A stretch of 64,000 nucleotides of DNA from Acidobacteriota bacterium (GTDB taxonomy: Bacteria; Acidobacteriota; Thermoanaerobaculia; Gp7-AA8), in NCBI GenBank assembly GCA_019244185.1, contig JAFATB010000005.1:112684-176683 (forward strand), read 5' to 3'. The position numbers were made by a program, and so were the translations under genes. The notes under the pieces were generated by a model. The model had not been told where the DNA came from, did not search any database, and was given only the letters and a program-made list of their open reading frames with translations. How positions within the stretch are numbered: position 1 is the stretch's first letter; the number at the start of each line of letters is the position of its first letter. Shown piece by piece: positions 1 through 10,000 of this stretch.

Positions 1-463
1 CCTCCGCCGCGTCATCGCCGACCCGCACTGCCGCCGCGCGGTGTTCATGCTGCAGAAGGAAGTCGCGGACCGCGTCGTGGCCAAGCCCGGCAGCGATCCG
101 TACGGCTATCTCACGCTGTACGTCGCCGCGTTCGCGAGCGCGCGCATCGCCATGACGCTCGATCCGCGCTCGTTCCATCCGCCGCCGAAAGTACGCAGCG
201 CCGTGGTCGTGCTCGACCCGCGCGATCCGCAGCTGGCCGCCGAGCGCACGCTCGTACTCGATCTCGTCAGCGCGTCGTTCCGCATGCGCCGGAAGAAGCT
301 GGTCAACAACTTGACCGGTTGGCGGAACCTCACGCGCGAGGACGTGCTGTCCTTGATGCAGCGCGCTGCCATCGACCTCGACGTCCGCGCGGAGACGATG
401 TCGCTCGCCGACTTCGACCGCTTCGCCGTCGCCTACTCCGCGCTCGCGTCGCCCGGCTCGTAG
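1..463 (+). CDS. rsmA: 16S rRNA dimethyladenosine transferase RsmA/KsgA, C-terminal part (5' truncated by window)
   Basis: MLQKEVADR...YGYLT...SFHPPPKVRSAVV...SFRMRRKKLVNNL...RAETMSLADF are typical KsgA C-terminal motifs. Confidence 0.9.
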   Translation, partial: LRRVIADPHCRRAVFMLQKEVADRVVAKPGSDPYGYLTLYVAAFASARIAMTLDPRSFHPPPKVRSAVVVLDPRDPQLAAERTLVLDLVSASFRMRRKKLVNNLTGWRNLTREDVLSLMQRAAIDLDVRAETMSLADFDRFAVAYSALASPGS

Positions 464-1491
464 CGCCACTCCGTCTCATGCTTCGCCCCCTCGGCGAACC
501 GTGGGTCGACGTAGTCCTCGAACGCGATGTCATGGTCGAGCACTCCGGTCTCGCGCATCAGCCGGACGATCAGCTCGAAGTCTTTGCGCAGCGGCGTGAG
601 CGGCTGGTACTGCACGCGTTCGAGCGGCTTCGTCAGCGCCCACTTGAGCAGCTTCGGATCCTGGCGATAGTAGAAGCGGCCGACGAAATCGGCGGCGTGC
701 TCGCGGCGCGCGCGGCGCTTCGGCGGGTTCTCGAGCCACAGTCCCGACCGCGCGATGCCGTCGACGAGCACCTGCACCGCCTCCGGCCTGCGGTCGATGA
801 CGTCCTGCCGCACGACGAGCACGCAAGAGATGAAGTCCGGCCAGTACTGCCGCGCGTGGAAGAGCACGCGCCCGAAGCCAGCCGACTCGGCCTGCGACGG
901 ATACGGCTCGCCCATCGAGAACGCGTCGATTGCGCCGGCCGCGAGCGCGCCGGCGACGTCCGGCGGCGCCATCTCGACAAGCCGCAGGTCGCGCGCGCTC
1001 ATGCCGTTCGCCGCCATCGCGCGGAAGAGGATCAGCCGCTCGTCCGAGTAGCGGCTCGGCACGGCCACAATCCTCCCTTTCAGATCGGCGAACGAATGCA
1101 CCGGTCCGTTCTTCTGCACGACCACGGCGCTTCCGTAGCGGTGTCCGAGGTAGACGATCTTGATCGGAACGCCCTGAGCACGCAGGGCAATCGCCATCGG
1201 CGCGACCATGAACGCCGCCTGCATCTGGTTCGAGATCAGCGCTTCCTTGATCTCAGGGAACCCCTGGAACATCCGCGGAATGAACAGATGCCCCGACTTC
1301 GAGTAGGCGGAGATGTAGTCGGTGACCGGGCACGCGAGGTGTCACGTGACCGGGATGTAGGCGACGTTGAGCTTGCGCTCGCGTTCCGGCAATCGATCGT
1401 TGAGCAGCACCTTCCAGTCGACGTTCATCGACAGGTGCGCGGCAGTGATGAACGCCAGCCATGCGGCAACGGCGACTCCGATCTTTCGCAC
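433..1491 (-). CDS. NitT/TauT-family ABC transporter substrate-binding protein, probable selenoprotein (in-frame TGA at 1342-1344, U50-H-L-A-C54)
   Basis: GTG at 1491 follows AAGGAGGAG RBS; hydrophobic N-terminus MRKIGVAVAAWLAFITAAHL; reads ...LNVAYIPVT-TGA-HLACPVTDY... in frame into track ORF 433..1272, which has NMT1/SsuA-like motifs (DLKGRIVAVP, GAIDAFSMGEPY, CVLVVRQD). Confidence 0.85.
1288..1341 (-). promoter_or_regulatory. candidate bacterial SECIS stem-loop immediately 3' of the in-frame UGA
   Basis: mRNA after UGA can pair GUGCC(+9..13)/GGCAU(+50..54) and CCGACU(+20..25)/AGUCGG(+44..49); an alternative short hairpin UCG-C-GUG[CCCGGU]CAC-CGA has a GGU-containing loop. Paired by eye, not folded computationally. 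Confidence 0.4.
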
Positions 1492-1513
1492 GCGACTCCT
1501 CCTTTCGTTCGTG

Positions 1514-2290
1514 TCATTCGTGAAATGCCCAGCGCACCGCGCGCAGCGTCTCGGCGCGGCGGATCAGCGTGTCGAGAATCAGTCCGAGCAGGCCGATGAG
1601 CAGCATGCCGCCGACGACGAGGTCGTAGCGCTTGCCGGCGTTGCGCGCGTCGATGATGAGATAGCCGAGCCCCGAGTCGACGGCGATCATCTCCGCCGCC
1701 ACGAGCACGAGCCACGCGACGCCGAAGGCGATGCGCAGCCCCACCAGAATGCGCGGCAGGATCGCGGGAAAGAGCACGCGCGTGATGAGCGCCCGCGTCG
1801 AGAGCCCGAAGTTGCGCCCCGCCTGCACGTACATCGGCGGCACGTTGCGCACGCCGTTCATCGTGGCCACGATGATCGGGAACACCGAGGCGAGGAAGAT
1901 GAGGAAGATCGGCGCGAGATTGCTGACGCCGAACCAGATCACCGCGAGCGGCATCCACGCCAGCGGCGAGATCGGCCGCAGCATCTGAATGACCGGATTC
2001 GCCGCGCGCGCGAGCGAGCTCCACCACCCCATCGCCAGGCCGACCGGAATCCCGATCGCCACCGCCGCGAGATAGCCGCACGCAACGCGGAACAACGAGT
2101 CGCCCATGTACGCCCACAGCAGTTTTCGTCGTGCGAGCTCGAGCAGTCCGCGCACGACGTCCATCGGCGAGGGAAAGATCTTCGTTCCGCTGACGACGAC
2201 GGCGAGCGCCCAGAACGCGAGCAGCACGAGGCCGAGCACGACCGCACGGATGCGTCCTTCTGCCCTCTGCCTTCTGCCTTCTGCCTTCAT
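1514..2290 (-). CDS. NitT/TauT ABC transporter permease
   Basis: LRPISPLAWMPLAVIWFG, EAA-like loop (VQAGRNFGLS), VAAEMIAVDSGLGYLI. Confidence 0.92.
   Translation of the reverse strand: MKAEGRRQRAEGRIRAVVLGLVLLAFWALAVVVSGTKIFPSPMDVVRGLLELARRKLLWAYMGDSLFRVACGYLAAVAIGIPVGLAMGWWSSLARAANPVIQMLRPISPLAWMPLAVIWFGVSNLAPIFLIFLASVFPIIVATMNGVRNVPPMYVQAGRNFGLSTRALITRVLFPAILPRILVGLRIAFGVAWLVLVAAEMIAVDSGLGYLIIDARNAGKRYDLVVGGMLLIGLLGLILDTLIRRAETLRAVRWAFHE
2256..2288. repeat. heptanucleotide tandem repeat (CCTTCTG)x~4.7 in the first codons of the permease
   Basis: CCTTCTG CCCTCTG CCTTCTG CCTTCTG CCTTC at 2256-2288; encodes KAEGRRQRAEG. Confidence 0.85.
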
Positions 2291-3021
2291 ATCTGATGCG
2301 CCAGCCCGATCTCCCCGAAGATCTCATCGCGCAACGCGATGTATCGCGGATCGCTGAGATCGCGCGGATGCGCGAGATTCACGTCGACGACGCGCCGCAC
2401 GCGTCCGGGCCGCGCTGACAGCACGACCACGCGGTCCGCGAGCTGCACCGATTCCTCGATGTCGTGCGTCACGAAGAGAATCGTCTTCCGCTCCGCCTGC
2501 CAGATCCGAAGCAGTTCGCGCCGCATCTGCAGGCGCGTGATGGAGTCGAGCGCGCCGAACGGCTCGTCGAGATAGAGCACGTCGGGATCGACCGCGAGCG
2601 CGCGCGCCACTTCGAGCCGCTGCTTCATGCCGCCCGAGAGCTCGCGCGGATACGAACGCTCGAATCCCTGCAGGCCGACGAGCTGCACGTACCGCGCGAT
2701 GCGCGCGCGCTTCTCGTCGTCCTTTTGGCGAAAGAGTCCGAAGCCGATGTTCTCTTCGACCGTGAGCCACGGAAAGACGCCGCGCTCCTGAAAGACGAAG
2801 ATGCGCCGCGGATCAGGTCCCGTCACCGGCTCGCCGTCGATGGTGACGCGCCCTTCGGTCGGCGTCACGAATCCGCCCACGATGTTGAGCAGCGTCGACT
2901 TGCCGCAGCCAGAGGGGCCGAGGATGCAGACGAACTCGCCTGCGTTGACCGAGAGGTTGATGTCGTCGAGCACGCGCACGCCGCCGAAGCGCATGCCGAT
3001 CGAGTCGAAGTGAACCTTCAT
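2287..3021 (-). CDS. NitT/TauT ABC transporter ATP-binding protein
   Basis: Start re-chosen at ATG 3021 (MKVHFDSIG), ATGA overlap with upstream permease; Walker A GPSGCGKS, LSGGMKQR, LDEPFGALD, VTHD. Confidence 0.95.
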   Translation of the reverse strand: MKVHFDSIGMRFGGVRVLDDINLSVNAGEFVCILGPSGCGKSTLLNIVGGFVTPTEGRVTIDGEPVTGPDPRRIFVFQERGVFPWLTVEENIGFGLFRQKDDEKRARIARYVQLVGLQGFERSYPRELSGGMKQRLEVARALAVDPDVLYLDEPFGALDSITRLQMRRELLRIWQAERKTILFVTHDIEESVQLADRVVVLSARPGRVRRVVDVNLAHPRDLSDPRYIALRDEIFGEIGLAHQI

Positions 3022-3773
3022 TCCGCGGCGTACCCCCAGCGCACGGATGGCAGCCGTTCGAGCCGGCGCATGAGCAGGTCGAGGCCGATGCCGATGAGAC
3101 CGATGAGCACCATGCCGGCGACGACGAGGTCGTAACGGTTGCCGGCATTGCGCGCGTCGACGATGAGAAAGCCGAGACCGGAGTTCACCGCGATCATCTC
3201 CGCGGCGACGACGACCAGCCACGCGATGCCGAGCGTGATGCGCATGGCGACGATGAGCTGCGGAAGGATGCCGGGGACGACGACGCTCCGCACGAGCTCG
3301 GCGTGCGAGAGTCCGAAGTTGCGCCCCGCCGCGAGATGCACGCCTTCGAGGTTGTGCACCGCTTCGACCGTCGCGGTCGTCAGCGGCAGCACCGAGGCGA
3401 GGAAGATCAGGAAGATCGCCGCCGCGTCGCCGACGCCGAACCAGAGGATGCCGATCGGAATCCACGCGAGCGGCGAGATCGGCCGCAGGATCTGCAGGAT
3501 CGGATTGACCGCGCTGTCGCCGCGTCGCGAGAGGCCTAACGTGACGCCCGCGGGCACCGCGACGGCGACCGCCGCAAGGTAGCCCCACGTCACGCGGAAG
3601 AGCGAGGCCACGACGTAGCGGACGAGGAGCCCTTTCTCCGCGAGCTCGCCGATCGCGCGCAACGTTTGCCACGGCGTCGGCACGAGCGTGCGCGGCGAGG
3701 CCGCGACCGCGAGTTGCCACGCGGCGACCGCAACAGCGATTCCCAGCAATGGAAGGAGTCGTTTCAGACGCAA
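3018..3773 (-). CDS. NitT/TauT ABC transporter permease (second, paralogous)
   Basis: LRPISPLAWIPIGILWFG, AAGRNFGLS, VAAEMIAVNSGLGFLI; TTG start. Confidence 0.92.
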   Translation of the reverse strand: MRLKRLLPLLGIAVAVAAWQLAVAASPRTLVPTPWQTLRAIGELAEKGLLVRYVVASLFRVTWGYLAAVAVAVPAGVTLGLSRRGDSAVNPILQILRPISPLAWIPIGILWFGVGDAAAIFLIFLASVLPLTTATVEAVHNLEGVHLAAGRNFGLSHAELVRSVVVPGILPQLIVAMRITLGIAWLVVVAAEMIAVNSGLGFLIVDARNAGNRYDLVVAGMVLIGLIGIGLDLLMRRLERLPSVRWGYAAE

Positions 3774-3858
3774 ACTCGGGCGAGAGAGTAGCCGGTTTTG
3801 TGACCCCCGTCACGCGCAGCAAATAACCGGCACCTCGTTTGCTCCGAACGCGCCCTCA

Positions 3859-4815
3859 ATGGCGACCCGCTACGAGACACCCGCACGACGACGGAACGAA
3901 CTGGAGCCCCCGACTCCCACGCGCGTTCTCGCCGTTGACGATGACTCCGCTTACCTCCGCCGCCTCGAGGTCGTCCTGACTCGCGCCGGCTTCGACGTCG
4001 TGACCGCCTTCGACGGTCCGACCGCGATCGAGCGCATCCGCGAAGACGGCGACATCGAGATCCTCATCAGCGATCTCACCATGCCCGGCATGGACGGCAT
4101 CGAGACCGTGCGCCAGGCACGCACCGCGTGCGCGTTCCCCGGCCTCTACACGATCCTCCTCACCGCGAACGACGGCGCCGACGTGAAGCTCCGCGCGCTC
4201 GACAGCGGCCTCGATGACTTTCTCACCAAAGCGTCGACCGACTCCGAGATCGTGGCCAAGCTCCGCAGCGCCGCACGACGCCTGGCCATGGAACGCCGCC
4301 TCCAGGTCGAAAACGAAGAACTGCAGACGCTCGCCCTGACCGACGAGCTCACCGGCATCGCCAACCGCCGCGCACTCTTCCGCGCCGCCGAAAGCATCCT
4401 AGGCGCCGGCCGCACGATGACCGTCGTCCTCTTCGACCTCGACCGCTTCAAGCAGATCAACGACAGCTACGGCCACCTCATGGGCGACCGCATCCTCGCC
4501 GACGTCGCCGCCTGCCTCAAAGCCCACACGCGCGTCGGCGACGTGATCGCCCGCTATGGAGGCGACGAGTTCGTCCTCCTCCTCCCCGACACCCCCACCC
4601 CCGAAGCCCGCGCGATCACGCAACGGATCCGCGCCAGAATCGCCGCCCTCCGCTGGACCCATTCCGGCAGCGTCATCTCCATCAACCTCGGCACCGGCCT
4701 CTCCACGGCCGGCTCCGCCAGCACCATCGAAACGCTGCTGGCGGAGTCGGACGCAAAGCTGTACGAGGGGAAGGTGGGGAGGCATCAGGAGCTGGATCTT
4801 TCGATCCAGCTCTGA
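3859..4815 (+). CDS. response-regulator diguanylate cyclase (REC-GGDEF)
   Basis: VLAVDDD...SDLTMPGMDG receiver; TDELTGIANRR, DLDRFKQINDSYGH, RVGD I-site, RYGGDEF; start re-chosen at ATG 3859. Confidence 0.92.
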   Translation: MATRYETPARRRNELEPPTPTRVLAVDDDSAYLRRLEVVLTRAGFDVVTAFDGPTAIERIREDGDIEILISDLTMPGMDGIETVRQARTACAFPGLYTILLTANDGADVKLRALDSGLDDFLTKASTDSEIVAKLRSAARRLAMERRLQVENEELQTLALTDELTGIANRRALFRAAESILGAGRTMTVVLFDLDRFKQINDSYGHLMGDRILADVAACLKAHTRVGDVIARYGGDEFVLLLPDTPTPEARAITQRIRARIAALRWTHSGSVISINLGTGLSTAGSASTIETLLAESDAKLYEGKVGRHQELDLSIQL

Positions 4816-4830
4816 TGCCTTTGGTTCTTA

Positions 4831-5340
4831 CTACAGTTCCACGCCGGTGACCGCCGGTTCGCGGCCTAGCAGCGCAAGGAATACCGCGCCGGACACGTGC
4901 TGTCCCATCGCGTTACCCGTACCGGCAACGATGTAAAGGTCATCGCGGTCCGGATACTTCAGCCAGACCGCCTGAAGCAACTGTTCCGGGACATCGAGGA
5001 TACGAATGAGCACCTCGGGCCGGGAGTCTGCTCCATCCACGATCTCCTCGATTTGCAGCGCCATGAAACCAGCTGCGATCTCGACGACCTGCTCGGTGCG
5101 CGAGCGTGCAAACGCGGACGCGCGCTCGCCGACTCGCACTTGATGATGCCAGCCAGTATGCTCGGCGATCTCTTCGATCCGCGTCGCCTCCGGCGGAACC
5201 TCTCCTTTGTACGTCCACACGGCAATGGATTGCTCGAGTGCGACCCTGCTCTCGCGCAACACGCCGAACAATGACGTAAAGCGTGCGGCGATGTCGTCGC
5301 GCAATGCTTCCGGTACTTCGTAAGTGTCAGTCAGTGCCAT
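4831..5340 (-). CDS. hypothetical protein, last gene of the sigma/CHAT cassette
   Basis: 169-aa ORF, AAGGA RBS, 15 nt downstream of the papain-like gene; motifs GWHHQVRVG and LQAVWL. Confidence 0.7.
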   Translation of the reverse strand: MALTDTYEVPEALRDDIAARFTSLFGVLRESRVALEQSIAVWTYKGEVPPEATRIEEIAEHTGWHHQVRVGERASAFARSRTEQVVEIAAGFMALQIEEIVDGADSRPEVLIRILDVPEQLLQAVWLKYPDRDDLYIVAGTGNAMGQHVSGAVFLALLGREPAVTGVEL

Positions 5341-5355
5341 GATGAGTCCTTCCCT

Positions 5356-5904
5356 TCAGTCGACGATCCACGTCTGGACCCACGTGCCGTAATAGCCGGT
5401 CGGCAGGTGCGGCCGCGGTACGGCTCCAGTGGAGTTGTTCTTTGCGCAGTCGAGAATCATTACCTGGTCCGGAGCCGAGACGCCGACGACCAGCGCCATG
5501 TGACCGGTCACCCTCCGGCCGCTCGCGCGGCGGAAGCCGAGGATCAGGAGCTTATTCTCGTCAACGACGTTTGTTTGTATTTCCGCGAAGGACAGCTGCG
5601 GCTGCGGAGCGGGCGAGACCGTGAGACCTTCGGTGGGGCACACCAGGGTTTCGAAGTCCCGAGAGTCACAGGAAACATTGCACCGGAAGGGTCGGGTGCA
5701 ACAATCAAGGGACGCATCCTGCAGAAACGTCTGCACGATCTCGCACTGGCTTCTCGTGCTTCCACGACTCTTCAGAACCATCTGCACAGTCGCTGCCCAG
5801 CACCATTCGTTTTGCTCTGCGCCGCACCACGTCACGGGAGCGGCATGCAGCCTCGGCGTCGCTGCGAGCGGTTGGGTTAACAGAATCTCATTGTTACGAA
5901 ACAT
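5356..5904 (-). CDS. papain-like (C39/C70-type) cysteine protease
   Basis: EQNEWCWAA (oxyanion Gln plus catalytic Cys), SQCEIV, CCTRPFRCN, GHMALVVG (His), MILD (Asp); AAGGAG RBS. Confidence 0.8.
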   Translation of the reverse strand: MFRNNEILLTQPLAATPRLHAAPVTWCGAEQNEWCWAATVQMVLKSRGSTRSQCEIVQTFLQDASLDCCTRPFRCNVSCDSRDFETLVCPTEGLTVSPAPQPQLSFAEIQTNVVDENKLLILGFRRASGRRVTGHMALVVGVSAPDQVMILDCAKNNSTGAVPRPHLPTGYYGTWVQTWIVD

Positions 5905-5916
5905 GCTGAATTCTCC

Positions 5917-6867
5917 TTATGGCAGCCACAGCGCCGGCGGACAATTGTGTCCACCCGCGGTGCCGTATCGAATGACGGGCGCGGTTCGCACGCCGGCGTC
6001 GTACTGTTGCGCGATCAATGCGAAAGTCATCTCAGCGGGCGGGTTCTCAATCAGATCGACCTGATTGAGCCGGTGTGAATGCGTCTCCTGCGGTGGATGC
6101 GGCAGCCCCACAGGGTCGGTATGGCCATAGAGATAACGCAGCGGCGCCGGCGGGGGCGTGTGGCACATTGTGTAATACAGTGGAAAATGCCGATCGACCT
6201 CGCAGTCCGACATTCCATCGAGCTCGTCGTCGAGGATGATTTCCTCCGAGGGCACGTTGCCGATGCGCACCTCGATTGTATTCAGACCTCCGACCGAGCC
6301 GATCTTCAGCACGTCGGTACCGGCGGCGTCTGTCATGCGCAGTGTGATGAATTCTTTGTCTGTCTGAAAGTTTAGGCAAACGTCCTGCGCGATGAACTGA
6401 TCGAAGGGGCCTTCTTCAGCGAAGCCCCATTTGAATTTGGGCGCGACCCATGTCGCGGATAGATGGCCCCCAGTGAGCTTCAACCGGCCCGAGACGATTC
6501 GAGGGTTGGTCGACGCGAAGACAGTCTGTGAGAAACGGGCGTGCACGGGGTTGGGGACCGCGGCCGTCATCGGCAGGATGTAGAGTGTGTTCATCGAGAA
6601 GCCCGTCTGTGGCATCTCGTCGATCGACAAGGCCTTGCCGTCGAGATAGAACGCGCTGAGTGTAGCTGGTACTTTTTTTAGCCGTCGATGATTGTCGATT
6701 TCGTCCGGCACGCGGGTCGAGCCGGGCTGCAGCGCCGCCGACTCGGCGAGCACATAAGCCTGATGCGGCTCGGGTGCGTCGCTGAAATTTTTGAGTATTA
6801 CGGTCGCGCCCGTGTCATCAGGTACGAGTGCCGTGATACCTGTGAAAATGATGTGTACATCCTTCAT
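5917..6867 (-). CDS. hypothetical protein downstream of the CHAT gene
   Basis: 316-aa ORF with AAAGGA RBS; begins VHIIFTGITALVP, contains HFPLYY, ends GGHNCPPALWLP. Confidence 0.75.
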   Translation of the reverse strand: MKDVHIIFTGITALVPDDTGATVILKNFSDAPEPHQAYVLAESAALQPGSTRVPDEIDNHRRLKKVPATLSAFYLDGKALSIDEMPQTGFSMNTLYILPMTAAVPNPVHARFSQTVFASTNPRIVSGRLKLTGGHLSATWVAPKFKWGFAEEGPFDQFIAQDVCLNFQTDKEFITLRMTDAAGTDVLKIGSVGGLNTIEVRIGNVPSEEIILDDELDGMSDCEVDRHFPLYYTMCHTPPPAPLRYLYGHTDPVGLPHPPQETHSHRLNQVDLIENPPAEMTFALIAQQYDAGVRTAPVIRYGTAGGHNCPPALWLP

Positions 6868-7045
6868 AATCGTTCCTTTGTGTGGTGGTGTGGCAGGGAC
6901 AGCGTGAGCACACGCTCAGCGCGTCGGTGTAGTACCAGTCATAGATTGTTCGCGAATCGACCCGGACCTGCGCAGCAGCGTTGCCGCTTCCTTGCTGCAC
7001 AATGGAGGGACGCGGCGCTCGTTTTCCCGATGAAAGTTCGGGAGG

Positions 7046-10000
7046 TCAGGCGGAGATCGTTTGCGCCGGCAAACGCCGCTCGATCGGCCCAAGGACGCGA
7101 AGTGCGCCCCAATATTGAGGCCTTCGGCGGAGCGGACTTGGGGAATGGAGATATTGCAGTTGTGTGCCGCGCAATGCGTCGGCGGCGGTCATTCCGCCGC
7201 GGATGCGGCGATGAAATGAACTGAAGAAAGTCGCAGCAAACGTATCGTCGATGTCGTACAGAGGAGCGACGACGGCTCCGGCTCCGGCGGCGAGGAAGGC
7301 TCGCGCGAGACTGAGAGAGCCTTCAGCCCTCCGCGTTTTTCCGGTGGCGGTCCTGCAGTTCGCGAGCACGACGAGCGGCTGCCGTCTCAGCGTCCACGAA
7401 CCGACCGTCTCCGGCGACAAGGTCGTCTCCTGCGCGCCGAGCGCAAAACCAGGACCGTCATCGGCACTCGTCGCCGGCTTCGAGTGACCAATGAGGTGAA
7501 TGACGTCCGCGTCCGTAGCCGCGGCGCGAATGACGTCCTGCGTCGCCTGCCGGTCGTAGAAACTGGTCGACCGCGGATAGGCCCCGATCACACCACGAGC
7601 TTCGGCGTCGGCGCTCGCCAGCGGCGTGAGCTGGCGATCGCCGCCGGCAGCACGCTCGGCAACCACAAGGACAGTATCTCGTGCTGACGAGGCAGCCGCA
7701 CCGGAGAGTGCTACCGCCGCACTCGGTGCGACGATCGCCGCGTGCTGCTCGATCAGGTATTCGCCACGACTTCGGTCGTATAACGCCGAAAACGGCACCT
7801 CGTCGTCGAAGGCAGCATCCGGAACCAGGACGAGCATCTCGTTTGGACCCACGCGTGCGCGCAAGGCCAACGGCAAGAGCAAGTCGTGGAGGTCGGCAAC
7901 CGCGCCTTCACACGGCAAGGAGAGCTGGGCCATGCATGTGGCGACTCGATGCACCGCCGCCGCAACCGTCTCCGTCGGCGCTGCGATCCGCACGCCAATC
8001 ACATCGTTCGAAGTCACACACCACACGAGCAGCGCGTCCGGCAAGACGGCCCACTCGAGGAGCGCCGTGTTCGCCGGCACCTGCGCGGCGATTGCGCGTG
8101 CGTCGTTCTGCGGCGCGACATTGCGACGCTCCGCGAGCAGCCGTGCCCGTGAGTGTTCGGCGACGATCAGCGCCTCTCCCCACTCCCCATCGCGCGACAA
8201 TTCTCCTAGCAGCCGCTGACTCGCCTCCGCCGCGACGTCGAGATACGAGATCCGCTCCACGGGATTCAGGAGCTCGCGTCGTTGCTGCTCCACGTACCGC
8301 AGCGCCGTTCGGAAATCGGCACGCGCTGCATGCGAATCGCGCAGTTGCTGGTGCGCGATGCCGCGCGCGAGAAACACGTCGGCGACACGAAACGTGTCGG
8401 AACGCCGCGCCGTGCGGCCGAGGTAGCGATTTGCAGCCGTCATGGCGATTGCAGGTTCGGTGGCGGCAATCGTCCGAGCCAAAACCGCGTCGTAGTTCTC
8501 GACCGCGCGCTCGCGCGTCGACGGGTCGGCGATTGCAGTCGCCGCGTAGGACGCGCGTCGAAATGCTGCCTCTGCACGACCGCGCGCGCCAGAACGATGC
8601 ATAGCGACCGCGTACCAGAGATCGGCGTCCGCGATCGCAGTCGGATCGCCGCTGACGTTCGCGATCGTCTTGAGCCTGCTCGCCACTGCGACCGCAAGCC
8701 GTGGATGCTGGTCATCGCGCAGCAGAGACTGGAGCATCTCCTGCAGGGAAACATGCAGCCGGTCGTGATCGCCCGCTCGGTACAACCCGGCGATTCCCTC
8801 GATGCGCGCCCCCCAACCGTCGTCGGCCGCTCGGAGGTACGATGCTCGCTCGGCGATCATTGCCTGGAGAGCGGCAATCGTGTCGGTTTCGCCGGCCTTT
8901 GTGAGTTGCGCCAGCGCCGAGGCGTAGGGACGGCCGGCGGCGCCGGCGCGGTCTGACGCAACGTACGCCAAGCCTTCGATCCATGACAGCCTCGCGTCAA
9001 GGGTCGGGTACCGTTTCGCGTCGTAGGCTGGCGAACCGCGGACGCGCGCGATCTCGCGCAATGCAACGTCGTAGCGTGCGCAATACCACTGCGCACGGGC
9101 AGTCGCGAGACGCGAAAGCCACTCCAGCCGCGTATATGCCCGCAGATGCTCGCTGGCGGCTTCAAGAAGCGTCGCCGCCCGTTGCACATCGGTTTTCTGA
9201 AGTTGCTGCCCCTGCCGCAGTTCCTGTAAGCCGGACGCCGCGCCCGCGGAACCGTTGCGCCGCAGATCCGCCAATGCCGCGGCGAGAAAAGCATCGCCGC
9301 GGCGTTCGAACGTGGCGGCAGCGGTTCGCAGGGCAAAGTCGTCAGAATCCGCTCCATCGACGATCCGCGCCTCTGCGGCGTCGCGCATTTGTCGTGGATG
9401 CTCGGCCACGAGGCGCGCAATCGCCGCCGCGTCGGATCGCGCGATCGCGCGCGCGAGAAGAGCGCCCCCGTCCCACGAGCTGCTGCTGGTCGGCTCATTG
9501 AGATCGGATAGCTTCTGTCGCGCCTCGGTCGCCCAAGGCGACTGCGGATCGAGGCGGAGGTAATCGGCCCAGGCAACCTTTGCGTCCTCCTGAAGACCGA
9601 CCGCGGTCAGGGCGAGTGCACGATTCCAGGCGATGGGGGGCGAATGCTCGAGGTTCCATGCTCGCTGGACGCACTCCGCTGCGGCGAGATCATCCGTGCG
9701 CGCGCGCGTGTAGAGGGCGCGCGCCGAATAGGCGGCGGAGAGATCGTTGAGCAACGTAGCGTCTTGCGAGGCGGTGATTGCCGCACTTATCGATGACTGA
9801 TGCGTCTCACGCGTCAACGCTTTTTCGAGCGTCGTGACTGCCGCTCGCGGGTCGCCGAGCAGCAACTCGGCAACGCCGACGGCGTGTAGGTTCTTCGGCG
9901 TCGCGTGCGCGTCGGCGGCATGGCGGATGTCCGCTGCCGCAGCCATGAGCGCCCAGCGATGCTCGTCGCCTTTGTCGCTGCCGTCCTGGCCGCCTTCGCC

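Noticed and set aside
1253-1462. 69-aa ORF suggesting a frameshift explanation for the missing N-terminus of the binding protein
   Set aside because: The true N-terminus is in the same frame as the body and separated only by TGA; no frameshift is needed
319-1599. Long + strand ORF (426 aa) and many similar long ORFs, e.g. 31011..34583, 44841..47078, 52777..55413
   Set aside because: Antisense or off-frame shadows of real genes, typical of high-GC DNA; Arg/Ala-rich with no motifs
7020-7045. GAACTT (ECF -35-like) on the minus strand just after the CHAT stop
   Set aside because: No recognisable -10 at 16-17 nt; it sits in a small CCCGA/TCGGG hairpin and may be coincidental
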